Source of the DNA: Deltaproteobacteria bacterium
GTDB lineage: Bacteria > JAEEML01
Assembly: GCA_016283195.1 (NCBI GenBank)
Contig: JAEEML010000162.1
Span: 1 to 34,865, forward strand
DNA length: 34,865 bases
Reading direction: 5' to 3'
Below the pieces are notes generated by a model. It was not told the origin of the DNA, made no database searches, and saw only the letters and a program-made list of their open reading frames with translations. How positions within the stretch are numbered: position 1 is the first letter of the stretch; the number at the start of each line of letters is the position of its first letter. The position numbers were made by a program, and so were the translations under genes. Positions 1-9,044 of this stretch are shown here, in pieces.

Positions 1-2
1 AT

Positions 3-266
3 TTAAAACAGCAGCTTGATACCGCCAGCAGCCGCCTGGCCGATTATACTTCTGCTTTGACCGATGCTTCCAACAATATGAATATTCTAAACGGCCAATT
101 GGCTGAGTATCAGGAAGCCATCAACAAGCGGGATAACGACTACCGCCAGCTCTATGACGAATACAATGCTTTGCACAATCAATATCAAACTGTTTTGGCC
201 GAAAAAGAGGCTTTGGAAGCCAGCGTTCGCCAGGAAATAAACGCTCTCAACAACGACATTAATTAA
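3..266 (+). CDS. C-terminal part of a coiled-coil protein (truncated by the window start)
   Basis: The frame of the 57..266 ORF is open back to position 3 (LKQQLDTASSRLADYTSALTDAS...). Heptad-like Leu/Gln/Asn/Glu-rich sequence; TAA stop ends at 266. Confidence 0.65.
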   Translation, partial: LKQQLDTASSRLADYTSALTDASNNMNILNGQLAEYQEAINKRDNDYRQLYDEYNALHNQYQTVLAEKEALEASVRQEINALNNDIN

Positions 267-312
267 TTTTCAAAAAAACTGCCGTTTCTGCATTAAAAAG
301 ACATTCGCAGCC

Positions 313-343
313 TTGACATAAAGCAAAAATAAAGGTCTACTAC
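313..343 (+). promoter_or_regulatory. putative sigma70-type promoter of recA
   Basis: Perfect TTGACA at 313-318. Weak -10 candidates: TCTACT (17-nt spacer) or TACTAC (19-nt spacer). GGAG RBS about 6 nt before ATG 390. Confidence 0.4.
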
Positions 344-353
344 GGGCGTTTTT

Positions 354-376
354 TGTGTATAAATTTCATATACACA
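354..376. promoter_or_regulatory. perfect inverted repeat TGTGTATA-N7-TATACACA, candidate operator
   Basis: 8-bp arms at 354-361 and 369-376, between the putative promoter and the recA RBS. Confidence 0.45.
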
Positions 377-389
377 TACGGAGTAAATT

Positions 390-1493
390 ATGGTTGATAT
401 TCAAGAACGAGATAAAGCTTTAAATCTCGCTATTTCCACTATTGAGAAACAATTCGGCAAGGGCTCTATCATGCGCCTTGGCAGCACCGAGGAAATTGCT
501 AAAGGCGTGCCGGTTATCCCCACCGGTTCCATCGGCCTCGATATCGCTCTGGGTATCGGGGGCGTTCCGCGCGGGCGTATTATTGAAATTTATGGGCCGG
601 AATCCAGCGGTAAAACCACCTTGGCCCTGCAAATTATTGCCGAAGTGCACAAAATGGGCGGACTTGCCGCCTTTGTTGACGCCGAGCATGCTCTGGATCG
701 CAAGTATGCCGCCAATCTCGGCGTAAAAATCGAGGATCTTTTAATCAGCCAGCCTGATACCGGTGAGCAAGCTTTGGAAATAACCGAAACTTTGGTGCGC
801 TCCGGTGCTCTCGATGTTATTGTCATTGATTCTGTGGCCGCCCTCACCCCCAGAGCCGAAATTGAAGGCGAAATGGGAGATTCCCATGTTGGTCTGCAAG
901 CACGCCTCATGAGTCAGGCGCTACGCAAGTTAACAGCCATTATCTCCAAAACCAATACCTGCGTTATTTTCATCAACCAAATCCGCATGAAAATCGGCGT
1001 TATGTATGGTAATCCGGAAACAACCACCGGCGGTAATGCTCTCAAATTTTATGCTTCTATGCGCCTGGAAATTCGTCGCGGCTCCGCCATTAAAAACGGT
1101 GAGCAAATCATTGGTTCGCGCACCAAGGTGAAAGTTGTAAAGAACAAACTGGCTCCGCCCTTTACCGAGCAGGAATTTGATGTTCTATACGGCACAGGTA
1201 TAAGCAAAGAAGGCGATATTTTAGACCAAGCGACAGCCCTCGATATTCTGGAAAAGAGCGGTTCGTGGTACAGTTACCAAGGCGAGCGCCTTGGCCAAGG
1301 CCGGGATGCCGTAAGGCAGATTTTGGTTGAGCGTCCAGAGTTAACTAATGAATTAGAAAACAAAATTCGTGCTCACTATGGTCTTGCGGAAGTAGCATTG
1401 CCGGTAGCCGATAATAGCGCAAGCGATGACAGCGGCGAGAAAAAGAGTGTCCGTCAGCGCAAAGGAAAAACAGATTCAATCGATGAAGGCTAA
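390..1493 (+). CDS. recA: recombinase RecA
   Basis: [11 protein letters not shown], Walker [66 protein letters not shown]. Confidence 0.99.
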   Translation: MVDIQERDKALNLAISTIEKQFGKGSIMRLGSTEEIAKGVPVIPTGSIGLDIALGIGGVPRGRIIEIYGPESSGKTTLALQIIAEVHKMGGLAAFVDAEHALDRKYAANLGVKIEDLLISQPDTGEQALEITETLVRSGALDVIVIDSVAALTPRAEIEGEMGDSHVGLQARLMSQALRKLTAIISKTNTCVIFINQIRMKIGVMYGNPETTTGGNALKFYASMRLEIRRGSAIKNGEQIIGSRTKVKVVKNKLAPPFTEQEFDVLYGTGISKEGDILDQATALDILEKSGSWYSYQGERLGQGRDAVRQILVERPELTNELENKIRAHYGLAEVALPVADNSASDDSGEKKSVRQRKGKTDSIDEG

Positions 1494-1520
1494 AAGCCCG
1501 CTCATCAATAAGGTATTTTT

Positions 1521-3176
1521 GTGTTCACCACTTTACAAGCATTACTTATTTGTTTCGGCTCCGGAGCTCTGGCGCTTTTGATTGGAGCGATTTGCGGTTT
1601 TCGGCTTTTGCACAAACAAAAACAAGCTGCCCTCTTGGAGGCCGAAGAAATAAAAAAAGGCGCCACCACCAAGACCGAAGAAATAATGACCTTAAACCGT
1701 CAAAAAGATATTGATAAAATACAAAAACTTCGTGAGGCACTTGATCAGGAAGCGTTAGAAAACACCACAGCGCAAACAGAATTGGAAGAAGAGCTGGAAA
1801 AACGGCAGGAAAGTGTAAATCGTTATGAAAATGCTCTGGAATCCATTGAAGCAGAGCTCGCCTTAAGAGAAGAGGATATAGCCGCAAAAGAGGCCAAAAA
1901 CAACGAAAACCGGGCCCAGGTAGCGGCTTTAGAAGCCTCAATTCAGCCCAAACTCGCCGAACATGCCGGCATGACCGAAGAAGAAGCTCATGCTTACCTG
2001 GTAAACGACAAAATAGAACGCGCCAGACACATAATTAAAAAGCGGGAATTTCAAGCCGAAGCCCAGTTGGAAAGCGAAGCGCAAAACAGCGCCAGACACA
2101 TCTTTGACATCACTTGCGACCGCTTTTCCGGCATTCCGGAACCGGAAAAATGGAACAACTCCATTCAAGTTGAAAGTAAGCCCCTGCTTGAGCTTTTACT
2201 TAATCCGGAAAGCGAGCTGATGCAAACGCTGGTCTCAGCTCTGGAATGCGAAATTTGGGCCGATAGCGAAAGTAGCTCAGTGCACATAAAAGCGGAGTCT
2301 CCCCTAGTGCGTGAACGGGCTCGCCGGGTAGTTAAAGATGTGGTGCAATATGATATCAGGGCACCGCATTTACTGTCGCGCCTCATATCGCGAGTGCAAA
2401 CACAACTTGATGAGGATGTTATTAGAGCCGGAAAGGCCGCCCTGGCCTCTCTGGGCATAAAAGATATGGCCCCGGAAATGGTAAATCTGCTCGGTCAGTT
2501 GCGCTTCCGTTTGAGCTATTCGCAAAATCAATGGCACCATGTTTTGGAATCAGCCACTTTGGCCGGCCTCGTGGCTGCCGAAATGGGGATTGATGTAGAA
2601 AAAGCCAAACGTGCTACTATCCTGCATGATATCGGCAAAGCTATATCACACGAACAGGAAGGCTCGCATGCTTTGGTTGGCGCCAAAATTTTGGAAGAAC
2701 ACGGCGAAGACCCGGATATTATCAATGCCGTTGCCGCCCACCATGGCGATGTTCCACCCACCTCGGCAATAGCTCCTGTTGTGGCTCTTTCCGATGCTCT
2801 TTCCGGCGGGCGCCCTGGAGCCAGGCGCGAAATGGTCACCGCTTATATGAATCGTATTCAAGAACTGGAGGAAGTTGTTACTAATTTTGAGGAAGTACGC
2901 CGCATTGATGTCATGCATGCCGGACGTGAAGTTCGCGTGTTTGTCGGTGAGGATGAAATGGAAGTGTTGCCTGGTAGCAATAAACCGGTACCGGTAAGTA
3001 CCCAAAACGATGACGGTACAATTACCTCTGCCGAAGTTGTGCCCATCCCATCAGACGACAAATTGCAACCATTAGCCCGTAAAATTGCCGACTCTATTGA
3101 AGAAAAAATGGAATTTCCAGGCCAAATAAAAGTGACGGTAATTCGTGAGACAAGAATGGTAGCTTACGCCCGTTAA
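1521..3176 (+). CDS. rny: ribonuclease Y-like protein (TM, coiled coil, degenerate KH, HD domain)
   Basis: N-terminal TM helix and long coiled coil; SYSQNQWHH, LHDIGKA, AVAAHH, DALSGGRPGARRE, AGREVRV; C-terminal FPGQIKVTVIRETR. Confidence 0.88.
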   Translation: MFTTLQALLICFGSGALALLIGAICGFRLLHKQKQAALLEAEEIKKGATTKTEEIMTLNRQKDIDKIQKLREALDQEALENTTAQTELEEELEKRQESVNRYENALESIEAELALREEDIAAKEAKNNENRAQVAALEASIQPKLAEHAGMTEEEAHAYLVNDKIERARHIIKKREFQAEAQLESEAQNSARHIFDITCDRFSGIPEPEKWNNSIQVESKPLLELLLNPESELMQTLVSALECEIWADSESSSVHIKAESPLVRERARRVVKDVVQYDIRAPHLLSRLISRVQTQLDEDVIRAGKAALASLGIKDMAPEMVNLLGQLRFRLSYSQNQWHHVLESATLAGLVAAEMGIDVEKAKRATILHDIGKAISHEQEGSHALVGAKILEEHGEDPDIINAVAAHHGDVPPTSAIAPVVALSDALSGGRPGARREMVTAYMNRIQELEEVVTNFEEVRRIDVMHAGREVRVFVGEDEMEVLPGSNKPVPVSTQNDDGTITSAEVVPIPSDDKLQPLARKIADSIEEKMEFPGQIKVTVIRETRMVAYAR

Positions 3177-3203
3177 CTTTTACTGCTTTATTGGGGGAAG
3201 GCA

Positions 3204-3974
3204 ATGATTTTATATTTTACAGGAACAGGCAACAGCAAGTTTGTAGCAGACGCTTTGGCTGATTTGCTTGAAGATGAAGTCGTTTCCCTGAATGTTATTT
3301 TAAAAAGTGGAGCGCCACTCATTTTTGAATCATCAAAGCCATTTATTGTTGTTGCCCCCATCTATGCCTGGGGTCTCCCCAAAGTTGTCAATGAAATGAT
3401 TAGGAATGCCACCTTTAAGGGAGCAAAAAGCATCTATTTTGTTCCCACAATGGGCGGAAATTCCGGCACCACACACAAGCGCTGTTATGCCTTAGCACAA
3501 CAATGCGGCCTCGAATTCCGCGGCTTTCGCGGAGTTATAATGCCTCCGAATTATATTGTACTTTTTAACCTGCCTACCGAAGAAAGAATCGTCGAAATAC
3601 TAAAATCAGCACTTGTTAGCGTCAAAGAAATAGCGAAAATTATTAAAGATAATGATTTCCTACTGAAGCAGGATCACACTTTTCTTTCGCACTTAAAATC
3701 CGGAGCAATAAATTCCGGCTTTGGCCGCTATATGCAAAGCAGCAGGAGCTTTAAAATCAGCGAAAGTTGCACCGGCTGTGGTATATGCGCCGAGAACTGT
3801 GCTACTAACAATATCGAAATTAAAGATGGCCGCCCAACCTTTGCCGATAAGTGCATAAATTGCTTTTCCTGTGTCCACCGCTGTCCGCAAAAAGCCATAA
3901 ATGTAAATGCTAAAACCGAGCAGCGCGGGCGCTATGTCTGCCCTGAATACCGGGATTTTATTAAAAATCACTAA
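3204..3974 (+). CDS. EFR1-family ferredoxin (flavodoxin domain plus two 4Fe-4S motifs)
   Basis: Flavodoxin P-loop MILYFTGTGNS, PIYAWGLP, MPPNY; C-terminal CTGCGICAENC and CINCFSCVHRCP. Confidence 0.9.
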   Translation: MILYFTGTGNSKFVADALADLLEDEVVSLNVILKSGAPLIFESSKPFIVVAPIYAWGLPKVVNEMIRNATFKGAKSIYFVPTMGGNSGTTHKRCYALAQQCGLEFRGFRGVIMPPNYIVLFNLPTEERIVEILKSALVSVKEIAKIIKDNDFLLKQDHTFLSHLKSGAINSGFGRYMQSSRSFKISESCTGCGICAENCATNNIEIKDGRPTFADKCINCFSCVHRCPQKAINVNAKTEQRGRYVCPEYRDFIKNH

Positions 3975-3990
3975 GAGAGGAGATTAGACC

Positions 3991-4482
3991 ATGCTTAAAA
4001 TTTCTAAACAGCTAAGCGGCATTTTTTTCGTTTTTATTACTCTGGCAACTATGGTAGCCTCGGCTGCCAAAAAGGAGGGTTCTGCGCCCATGCAAGAAGT
4101 TTTTGATTTTCTTAAACAAACCGGCACTTACTACATTGCAACAGTTGAAGGCAACCAGCCGCGGGTGCGCCCTTTCGGCACCGTTAATATTTTTAACGGC
4201 AAGTTATACATTCAGTCCGGCAAGAAAAAGAATGTAGCCAAACAAATAGCCGCTAATCCCAAAGTGGAAATATGCGCTTTTGATGGGAAAAAATGGCTAC
4301 GCGTCGCTGCGGAACTTGTGGCTGATGAAAATATCGAAGCCCAAAAATCCATGCTGGCCGCCTACCCCAGCTTGCAAAAAATGTATCAACCTGGCGATGG
4401 CAACAATATTGTTTATTATCTTAAAAATGCCAAAGCCACTTTTAGCTCCTTTGGCGAACCCGAAAGAGTAATCAGCTTCTAA
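3991..4482 (+). CDS. pyridoxamine 5'-phosphate oxidase-like (split-barrel flavin-binding) protein with N-terminal signal-like extension
   Basis: YYIATVEGNQPRVRPFG, KNVAKQIAANPKVEICAF, WLRV. Alternative start at 4090 with its own AGGAGG. Confidence 0.85.
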   Translation: MLKISKQLSGIFFVFITLATMVASAAKKEGSAPMQEVFDFLKQTGTYYIATVEGNQPRVRPFGTVNIFNGKLYIQSGKKKNVAKQIAANPKVEICAFDGKKWLRVAAELVADENIEAQKSMLAAYPSLQKMYQPGDGNNIVYYLKNAKATFSSFGEPERVISF

Positions 4483-4546
4483 TAGTTCAATTTTATTATA
4501 AATTATTTAAGTCTTCAAAACTATTTGGCTACTTGCTGCTTTAATT

Positions 4547-6100
4547 TTACTTATTTGTTATGGCGAATTCTTTTTCCTCGGCCCAGCCCGGTAACTCCTG
4601 GAGCAAAGCTCTATAGGCAAAAAGAAAGCTTTGCGGATCAAAATCAGCCAAAACCTCACCTATAAAAAGCGGCGAGTGCAACTTATAGCCATTTTCGGCC
4701 GCCGGTGCGGCAAAATTGCTTAGCGGATTCTCGGCTATGACCTTTCTGCTTTTGCCCACTGTGCCGGCTATTATAGCCAGTGAAGCGCCAATATCGCGGC
4801 CGGCCAGAATAATATTTTTTCCGCTAACTTCGCACTGCCCGTCACCATCAAAATCGCCGGCCAATTCCGGCAAGCCATCGCCATTAAAATCATAAGGCAT
4901 ATTGGATGCGCAATTTAATTTGCCCAAGGTGCGCTCCAACTGCAAAATATGATAAGCGGCATTAAGCCACTTATTTTTAAGCTCTTTTAAATCACCATCA
5001 GCCTGTGGTTTGGGCACATCAAGCGCTATAACAGCTACAGAATAGCCACTTGCTAAATACCCAAGAGCCGGAATAAGAGCCACCTCAAACGAAATGTCAC
5101 TTGTCACCGGATAAATAACAGCGGCATTTTCTTTTGGTTGCTCAGTAGCAATCGGGACAAATAAAAAATATGGAATATCAATATGTTTTATCGTTTCAAG
5201 ATATGGGGATAAAATAAGCGGTTCCTTTTTATAATAATCTCCCAAAGCCCCCATGAGTTCCATGCTATCCAGTGTGGCAGCCAAGCGGCGAACTTTAACC
5301 TCCCGGCCATCACCAAGTGTATATTGCACCGTCTCCGGCGCCTTAAAGCGCAAGCGTGCCGGCTGATGATTCTCCAAAGTTTCTAAATTGCCGTTGCCAT
5401 AAATACCTTTAGCGGCATCGAAAAGCTCACGATAAACTCGGCGCACAGTAAAAGACCACATAAAAGCTATTTCTTCCGGCAAAAGCGCCCGTTTTCCCAT
5501 AAGCTTCTTATCAAAAAGCACTTTCAGCTCTTCATTTTGGGGCGGATAATTTATCCAGCTTAGCGGAGAAGCGGCCATATTGCCGGATTTATCCTTTAAA
5601 TCACGCCAAACAATAACAGCATAAGTAGCACCGGCCGCAAGCGGTTCCAAAGGCTCTAAAAATAAATGGGCAGCATCGGAATAAGCGGCCACTTTGTACG
5701 GCACACTTTGGCCTAAAGATGGGCTTTCCGGCGAAATATTAATCAGGCGAATAAGAGCTTCACTACCGCCATCGAGATTCTCCCAGCCAGCACCCAGCTC
5801 AGCCGAAAATGGCAAATAAACCGGAGCCAGCGGGGAGAAAAAACGTTCAGCGGCTAAAAGATCGGCATAATAGGCCGCGTCCGCCAGCGTGTGCAATTCT
5901 ATATATCCAGAATCATTAATAAAAGCATTATTAGGAAACGGTTTTTGCGGCAAGCTGCCCTGCCATTCATCATTCCACAGCGGATAAAAATCCCCGCTGT
6001 CAGGAGCTAAAAACAGCCCCTCTTCAGCCTGTTGGCAGGCCGGCAGAAGAAGCAGCAACAAGGGCCGGAGAAGATTTTTAAGCAGATTTTTTCTCGTCAC
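4547..6100 (-). CDS. lipoprotein with Ig-like domain, DxxGDG Ca-binding motifs and a degenerate alpha/beta-hydrolase-like C-terminus
   Basis: Signal [39 protein letters not shown] (Ig-like); [18 protein letters not shown]; nucleophile-elbow-like LAGRDIGA. Overlaps the clpX end by 23 nt. Confidence 0.55.
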   Translation of the reverse strand: MTRKNLLKNLLRPLLLLLLPACQQAEEGLFLAPDSGDFYPLWNDEWQGSLPQKPFPNNAFINDSGYIELHTLADAAYYADLLAAERFFSPLAPVYLPFSAELGAGWENLDGGSEALIRLINISPESPSLGQSVPYKVAAYSDAAHLFLEPLEPLAAGATYAVIVWRDLKDKSGNMAASPLSWINYPPQNEELKVLFDKKLMGKRALLPEEIAFMWSFTVRRVYRELFDAAKGIYGNGNLETLENHQPARLRFKAPETVQYTLGDGREVKVRRLAATLDSMELMGALGDYYKKEPLILSPYLETIKHIDIPYFLFVPIATEQPKENAAVIYPVTSDISFEVALIPALGYLASGYSVAVIALDVPKPQADGDLKELKNKWLNAAYHILQLERTLGKLNCASNMPYDFNGDGLPELAGDFDGDGQCEVSGKNIILAGRDIGASLAIIAGTVGKSRKVIAENPLSNFAAPAAENGYKLHSPLFIGEVLADFDPQSFLFAYRALLQELPGWAEEKEFAITNK

Positions 6101-7322
6101 GATAAACTAGGCGCGGAGCCGCTCCGCCGGATACAACATCTTTATCCACAATCACTTCGGCAATATTTTTATCTTTCGGTGCCTCATACATAATATCAAG
6201 CAAAATGCTCTCCATAATTGACCTGAGGCCACGCGCACCGGTATCCTGCTTTTGAGCCCGCTCAGCAACCGCTTTTAGAGCCTCGTCGGTAAAAGTCAGT
6301 TTAATGCCATCCATTCTAAAAAGCTTTTGGTATTGCTTTAAAAGCGCATTTTTGGGCACCGTTAAAATATGCACTAAATCATCGAGGCTCAAATCATTTA
6401 AAGAAGTTATAACCGGCAAGCGCCCAACAAATTCGGGAATAAGGCCAAATTTCAAAAGATCTTCTTCTTGAACACTGGCTAAAACCTCACCCAAACGCCG
6501 TTCGGTCTTTTGCTGTAAAGAGGCACCAAACCCCATTCCTTTGTGGCCAATACGCTGCTCAATTATCTTTTCCAAGCCATTAAAAGCTCCGCCGCAAATA
6601 AAAAGAATATTGGAGGTATCTATGTGAATCATCTCCTGTTGCGGGTGCTTGCGCCCACCTTTTGGGGGAACTGCGGCTACAGTGCCTTCGATAATTTTCA
6701 GGAGCGACTGCTGCACGCCCTCACCGGAGACATCACGGGTAATGGAGGTATTCTCGCCTTTGCGGGAAATTTTATCTATCTCGTCCACATAAATAATACC
6801 GCGCCGCGCCGCCGCTATATCATAATCGGCACTTTGCAGGAGGCGCACAATAATGTTTTCTACATCTTCGCCCACATAACCGGCCTCGGTAAGGGAGGTG
6901 GCATCGGCAATACAAAAAGGCACCTCCAAAATGCGAGCCAGCGTTTGAGCTAAAAGCGTCTTGCCGCTACCTGTAGGCCCAATAAGCAAAATGTTGGATT
7001 TTTGCAGTTCAACATCTGCGTTTCCTGGGTTATCAATGCGTTTATAGTGGTTATGTACCCCAACGGCGAGCACCTTTTTGGCTCGTTCCTGGCCAATTAC
7101 ATATTGATCAAGAATAGCTTTAATCTCTGCCGGCCTGGGAATATGTTTTATGCGCTTTTTGCTATGCTCGTCCGGCAATTCTTGGGAAATAATTTCGTCG
7201 CACAGTTCAATGCACTCATCACAAATATAATCGTACGGCCCGGCGATAAGTTTGCGCACTTCATTTTGGCTCTTGCCACAAAAGGAACAATGGAGCCCTT
7301 TATTTTTGCCTTCTTGCACCAA
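6078..7322 (-). CDS. clpX: ATP-dependent Clp protease ATP-binding subunit ClpX
   Basis: Zn finger CSFCGK...ICDECI, Walker [37 protein letters not shown] loop, MGF loop, GARGLR. AGGAG precedes the TTG start. Confidence 0.98.
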   Translation of the reverse strand: MVQEGKNKGLHCSFCGKSQNEVRKLIAGPYDYICDECIELCDEIISQELPDEHSKKRIKHIPRPAEIKAILDQYVIGQERAKKVLAVGVHNHYKRIDNPGNADVELQKSNILLIGPTGSGKTLLAQTLARILEVPFCIADATSLTEAGYVGEDVENIIVRLLQSADYDIAAARRGIIYVDEIDKISRKGENTSITRDVSGEGVQQSLLKIIEGTVAAVPPKGGRKHPQQEMIHIDTSNILFICGGAFNGLEKIIEQRIGHKGMGFGASLQQKTERRLGEVLASVQEEDLLKFGLIPEFVGRLPVITSLNDLSLDDLVHILTVPKNALLKQYQKLFRMDGIKLTFTDEALKAVAERAQKQDTGARGLRSIMESILLDIMYEAPKDKNIAEVIVDKDVVSGGAAPRLVYRDEKKSA

Positions 7323-7413
7323 GATAAACTCCTAGCAGCCATAAACGGCCTACTATTGATACAGGCAAAACACCTTTTTTGGCAAGATTTTTAAACTAGG
7401 TTGAAAAAAGTTC

Positions 7414-7442
7414 TTGACAACTAACAGGTGGTTTACTATAAG
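7414..7442 (+). promoter_or_regulatory. sigma70-type promoter of the tRNA gene
   Basis: TTGACA (7414-7419), 17 nt, TATAAG (7437-7442), with A-rich UP-like sequence upstream. Confidence 0.75.
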
Positions 7443-7457
7443 CCACTATCGGCCGGT

Positions 7458-7533
7458 GGGTGTATAGCTCAGTTGGTAGAGCAGCGGATTCTTAATCCGC
7501 GGGCCGTGGGTTCGAGTCCCTCTGCGCCTACCA
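7458..7533 (+). tRNA. tRNA-Lys (anticodon CTT)
   Basis: Cloverleaf: acceptor GGGTGTA/TGCGCCT, D arm GCTC-AGTTGGTA-GAGC, anticodon stem GCGGA/TCCGC with loop TT-CTT-AA, T loop TTCGAGT, discriminator A, encoded CCA; 76 nt. Confidence 0.95.
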
Positions 7534-7545
7534 TCGGAAATTCTG

Positions 7546-7584
7546 GGCCCCGGGAGTTGCAAGATTCCCGGGGCCTTTTTGTTT
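7546..7584 (+). terminator. Rho-independent terminator after the tRNA
   Basis: GGCCCCGGGA/TCCCGGGGCC stem extended by GTT/GAT pairs, GCAA tetraloop, followed by TTTTTGTTT. Confidence 0.85.
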
Positions 7585-7679
7585 CAAAAAGCACGTCTAG
7601 TTTTTCCTTCCCCCATTTTGCCTCAGTATGCTATTTTGGCAGTCGGTTTTGATTTGGGGAGTTTAATATTGGAGTCAGC

Positions 7680-8238
7680 ATGAAAGATATCTATAAGATT
7701 CTCGCCTTTGTTGTTGGCACTTTTATAAGCTGCTCTGATCCGCAACCTAGTAACAACGGACGGCAAATTCTGGCTGGGGGCCAATATGGCTTATGACACC
7801 GGCACACATTATAATCCCGGTAGCGGAACCAGCGAAAGTGCCAATACCGACAATGTTGCCACTTATGGCTTCCTATATGATTGGGATACCGCCGCAAATA
7901 AGGTATGCCCCGCTGATGACGGCTGGCGTTTACCAACAAAAGATGAACTAACTGCTTTAATAAGCTTAGGCGCCGAGAATCTGCGAGCAACCGGTTTTGC
8001 CAGCGGAACTGATACTTACGGCTTTGGAGCTCTTCCCGCCGGCTACTACGAATATGGTGATTACACCTATTTTGAAGAGGACGCCGCCTTCTGGTCGTCA
8101 GATACAGATAATACCAGCGATTTCTCTAATCCTAAAGCATATTACATGACTTTAGGAAAAAAGAATAACTATGCAAACATACACTCTGACTCTGTAACGC
8201 TCGGCATCTCGGTACGTTGCCTCAAGGCCAAAGACTAA
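7680..8238 (+). pseudogene. frameshifted FISUMP (Fib_succ_major) domain lipoprotein
   Basis: GGAG plus ATG 7680 gives the lipoprotein signal MKDIYKILAFVVGTFIS-C, which stops after about 38 codons. The +1 frame holds LVTTDGKFWLGANMAY...YGFLYDW...CPADDGWRLPT...GFGALPAG...FWSS...SVRCLK. Confidence 0.75.
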
Positions 8239-8258
8239 CACTACCGCCTAGCGCTGTT

Positions 8259-9032
8259 TCAGCGTGCTTCTATACTGTTTTGTAATTCTAAAAAGCGGTA
8301 ATTAAGGTCAAATTTAAGAGCCAGCTCCTGCCCCAGCGCCATAACGCCAAAACGCTCGGTTTGATAATGGCCGGCAGCGATAATATTCATTCCCAGATGG
8401 CGGGCGGCCAAAAGTTCTTCATAAACTACTTCGCCGGTAAGATAGGCCTCACAGCACAAATTTTTGGCTTCAATAAGCCAATCTTCGCTAACTCCGCGCC
8501 CGGAGACAATAGCCAAACGGCTGACGGTATCTGCCCCATAAGCATAAATACGCGGCTCCGCGCCGCCCGCCAGCGGTGCCACGGCGGCGGCCAGCGCCGG
8601 CAGTGACATAGTAGCCGGCAGAGTGCCGCAAAAGCCCATTTTTACCCGCCCATAGGCAGCAAAAGGCACAATATCGGCAAGGGTCAGCTCTTTGGCTAAT
8701 AGGGCATTATTGCCCACCTCGGGATGAGCATCGAGCGGCAAATGATAAGCGAGTAGCGATATATCGTGCATCACCAAAGAGCGCACAATTTCCCCTACTC
8801 TGCCGGTAAGCGGAATGGGATTCTTGCCCCAAAACAGGCCATGGTGCACGAGCAAAAGTTCGGCACCGGCGCTGGCCGCCGCCTCTACAGCCTCCATAGT
8901 GGCATCTACAGCGGCGCATATAGTGGCTACCGGCCGCACACCTTCATATTGCAAGCCGTTTAGTGAGTAATCATTTATGGAATCAGAGAGCCGTTCCCGG
9001 CAATATTCGGCCAGCTGAGTGGCATAAGCCAT
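8259..9032 (-). CDS. Nif3-like dinuclear metal centre protein (YbgI/DUF34 family)
   Basis: DYSLNGLQYEG, LLVHHGLFW, AYHLPLDAHPEVGNN, YLTGE, AGHYQTERFG. Confidence 0.95.
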   Translation of the reverse strand: MAYATQLAEYCRERLSDSINDYSLNGLQYEGVRPVATICAAVDATMEAVEAAASAGAELLLVHHGLFWGKNPIPLTGRVGEIVRSLVMHDISLLAYHLPLDAHPEVGNNALLAKELTLADIVPFAAYGRVKMGFCGTLPATMSLPALAAAVAPLAGGAEPRIYAYGADTVSRLAIVSGRGVSEDWLIEAKNLCCEAYLTGEVVYEELLAARHLGMNIIAAGHYQTERFGVMALGQELALKFDLNYRFLELQNSIEAR

Positions 9033-9044
9033 TAAAAAGCTCCT

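Noticed and set aside
4483..4546. Terminator between convergent genes (AATAGTT...AACTATT)
   Set aside because: AT-only arms with a long loop; too weak to call.
7428..7652. 74-aa ORF over the tRNA
   Set aside because: It is a translation of the tRNA-Lys gene and its terminator.
7458..8260. tRNA-anchored genomic island or prophage att site
   Set aside because: No integrase and no duplicated tRNA 3' end were found in the window.
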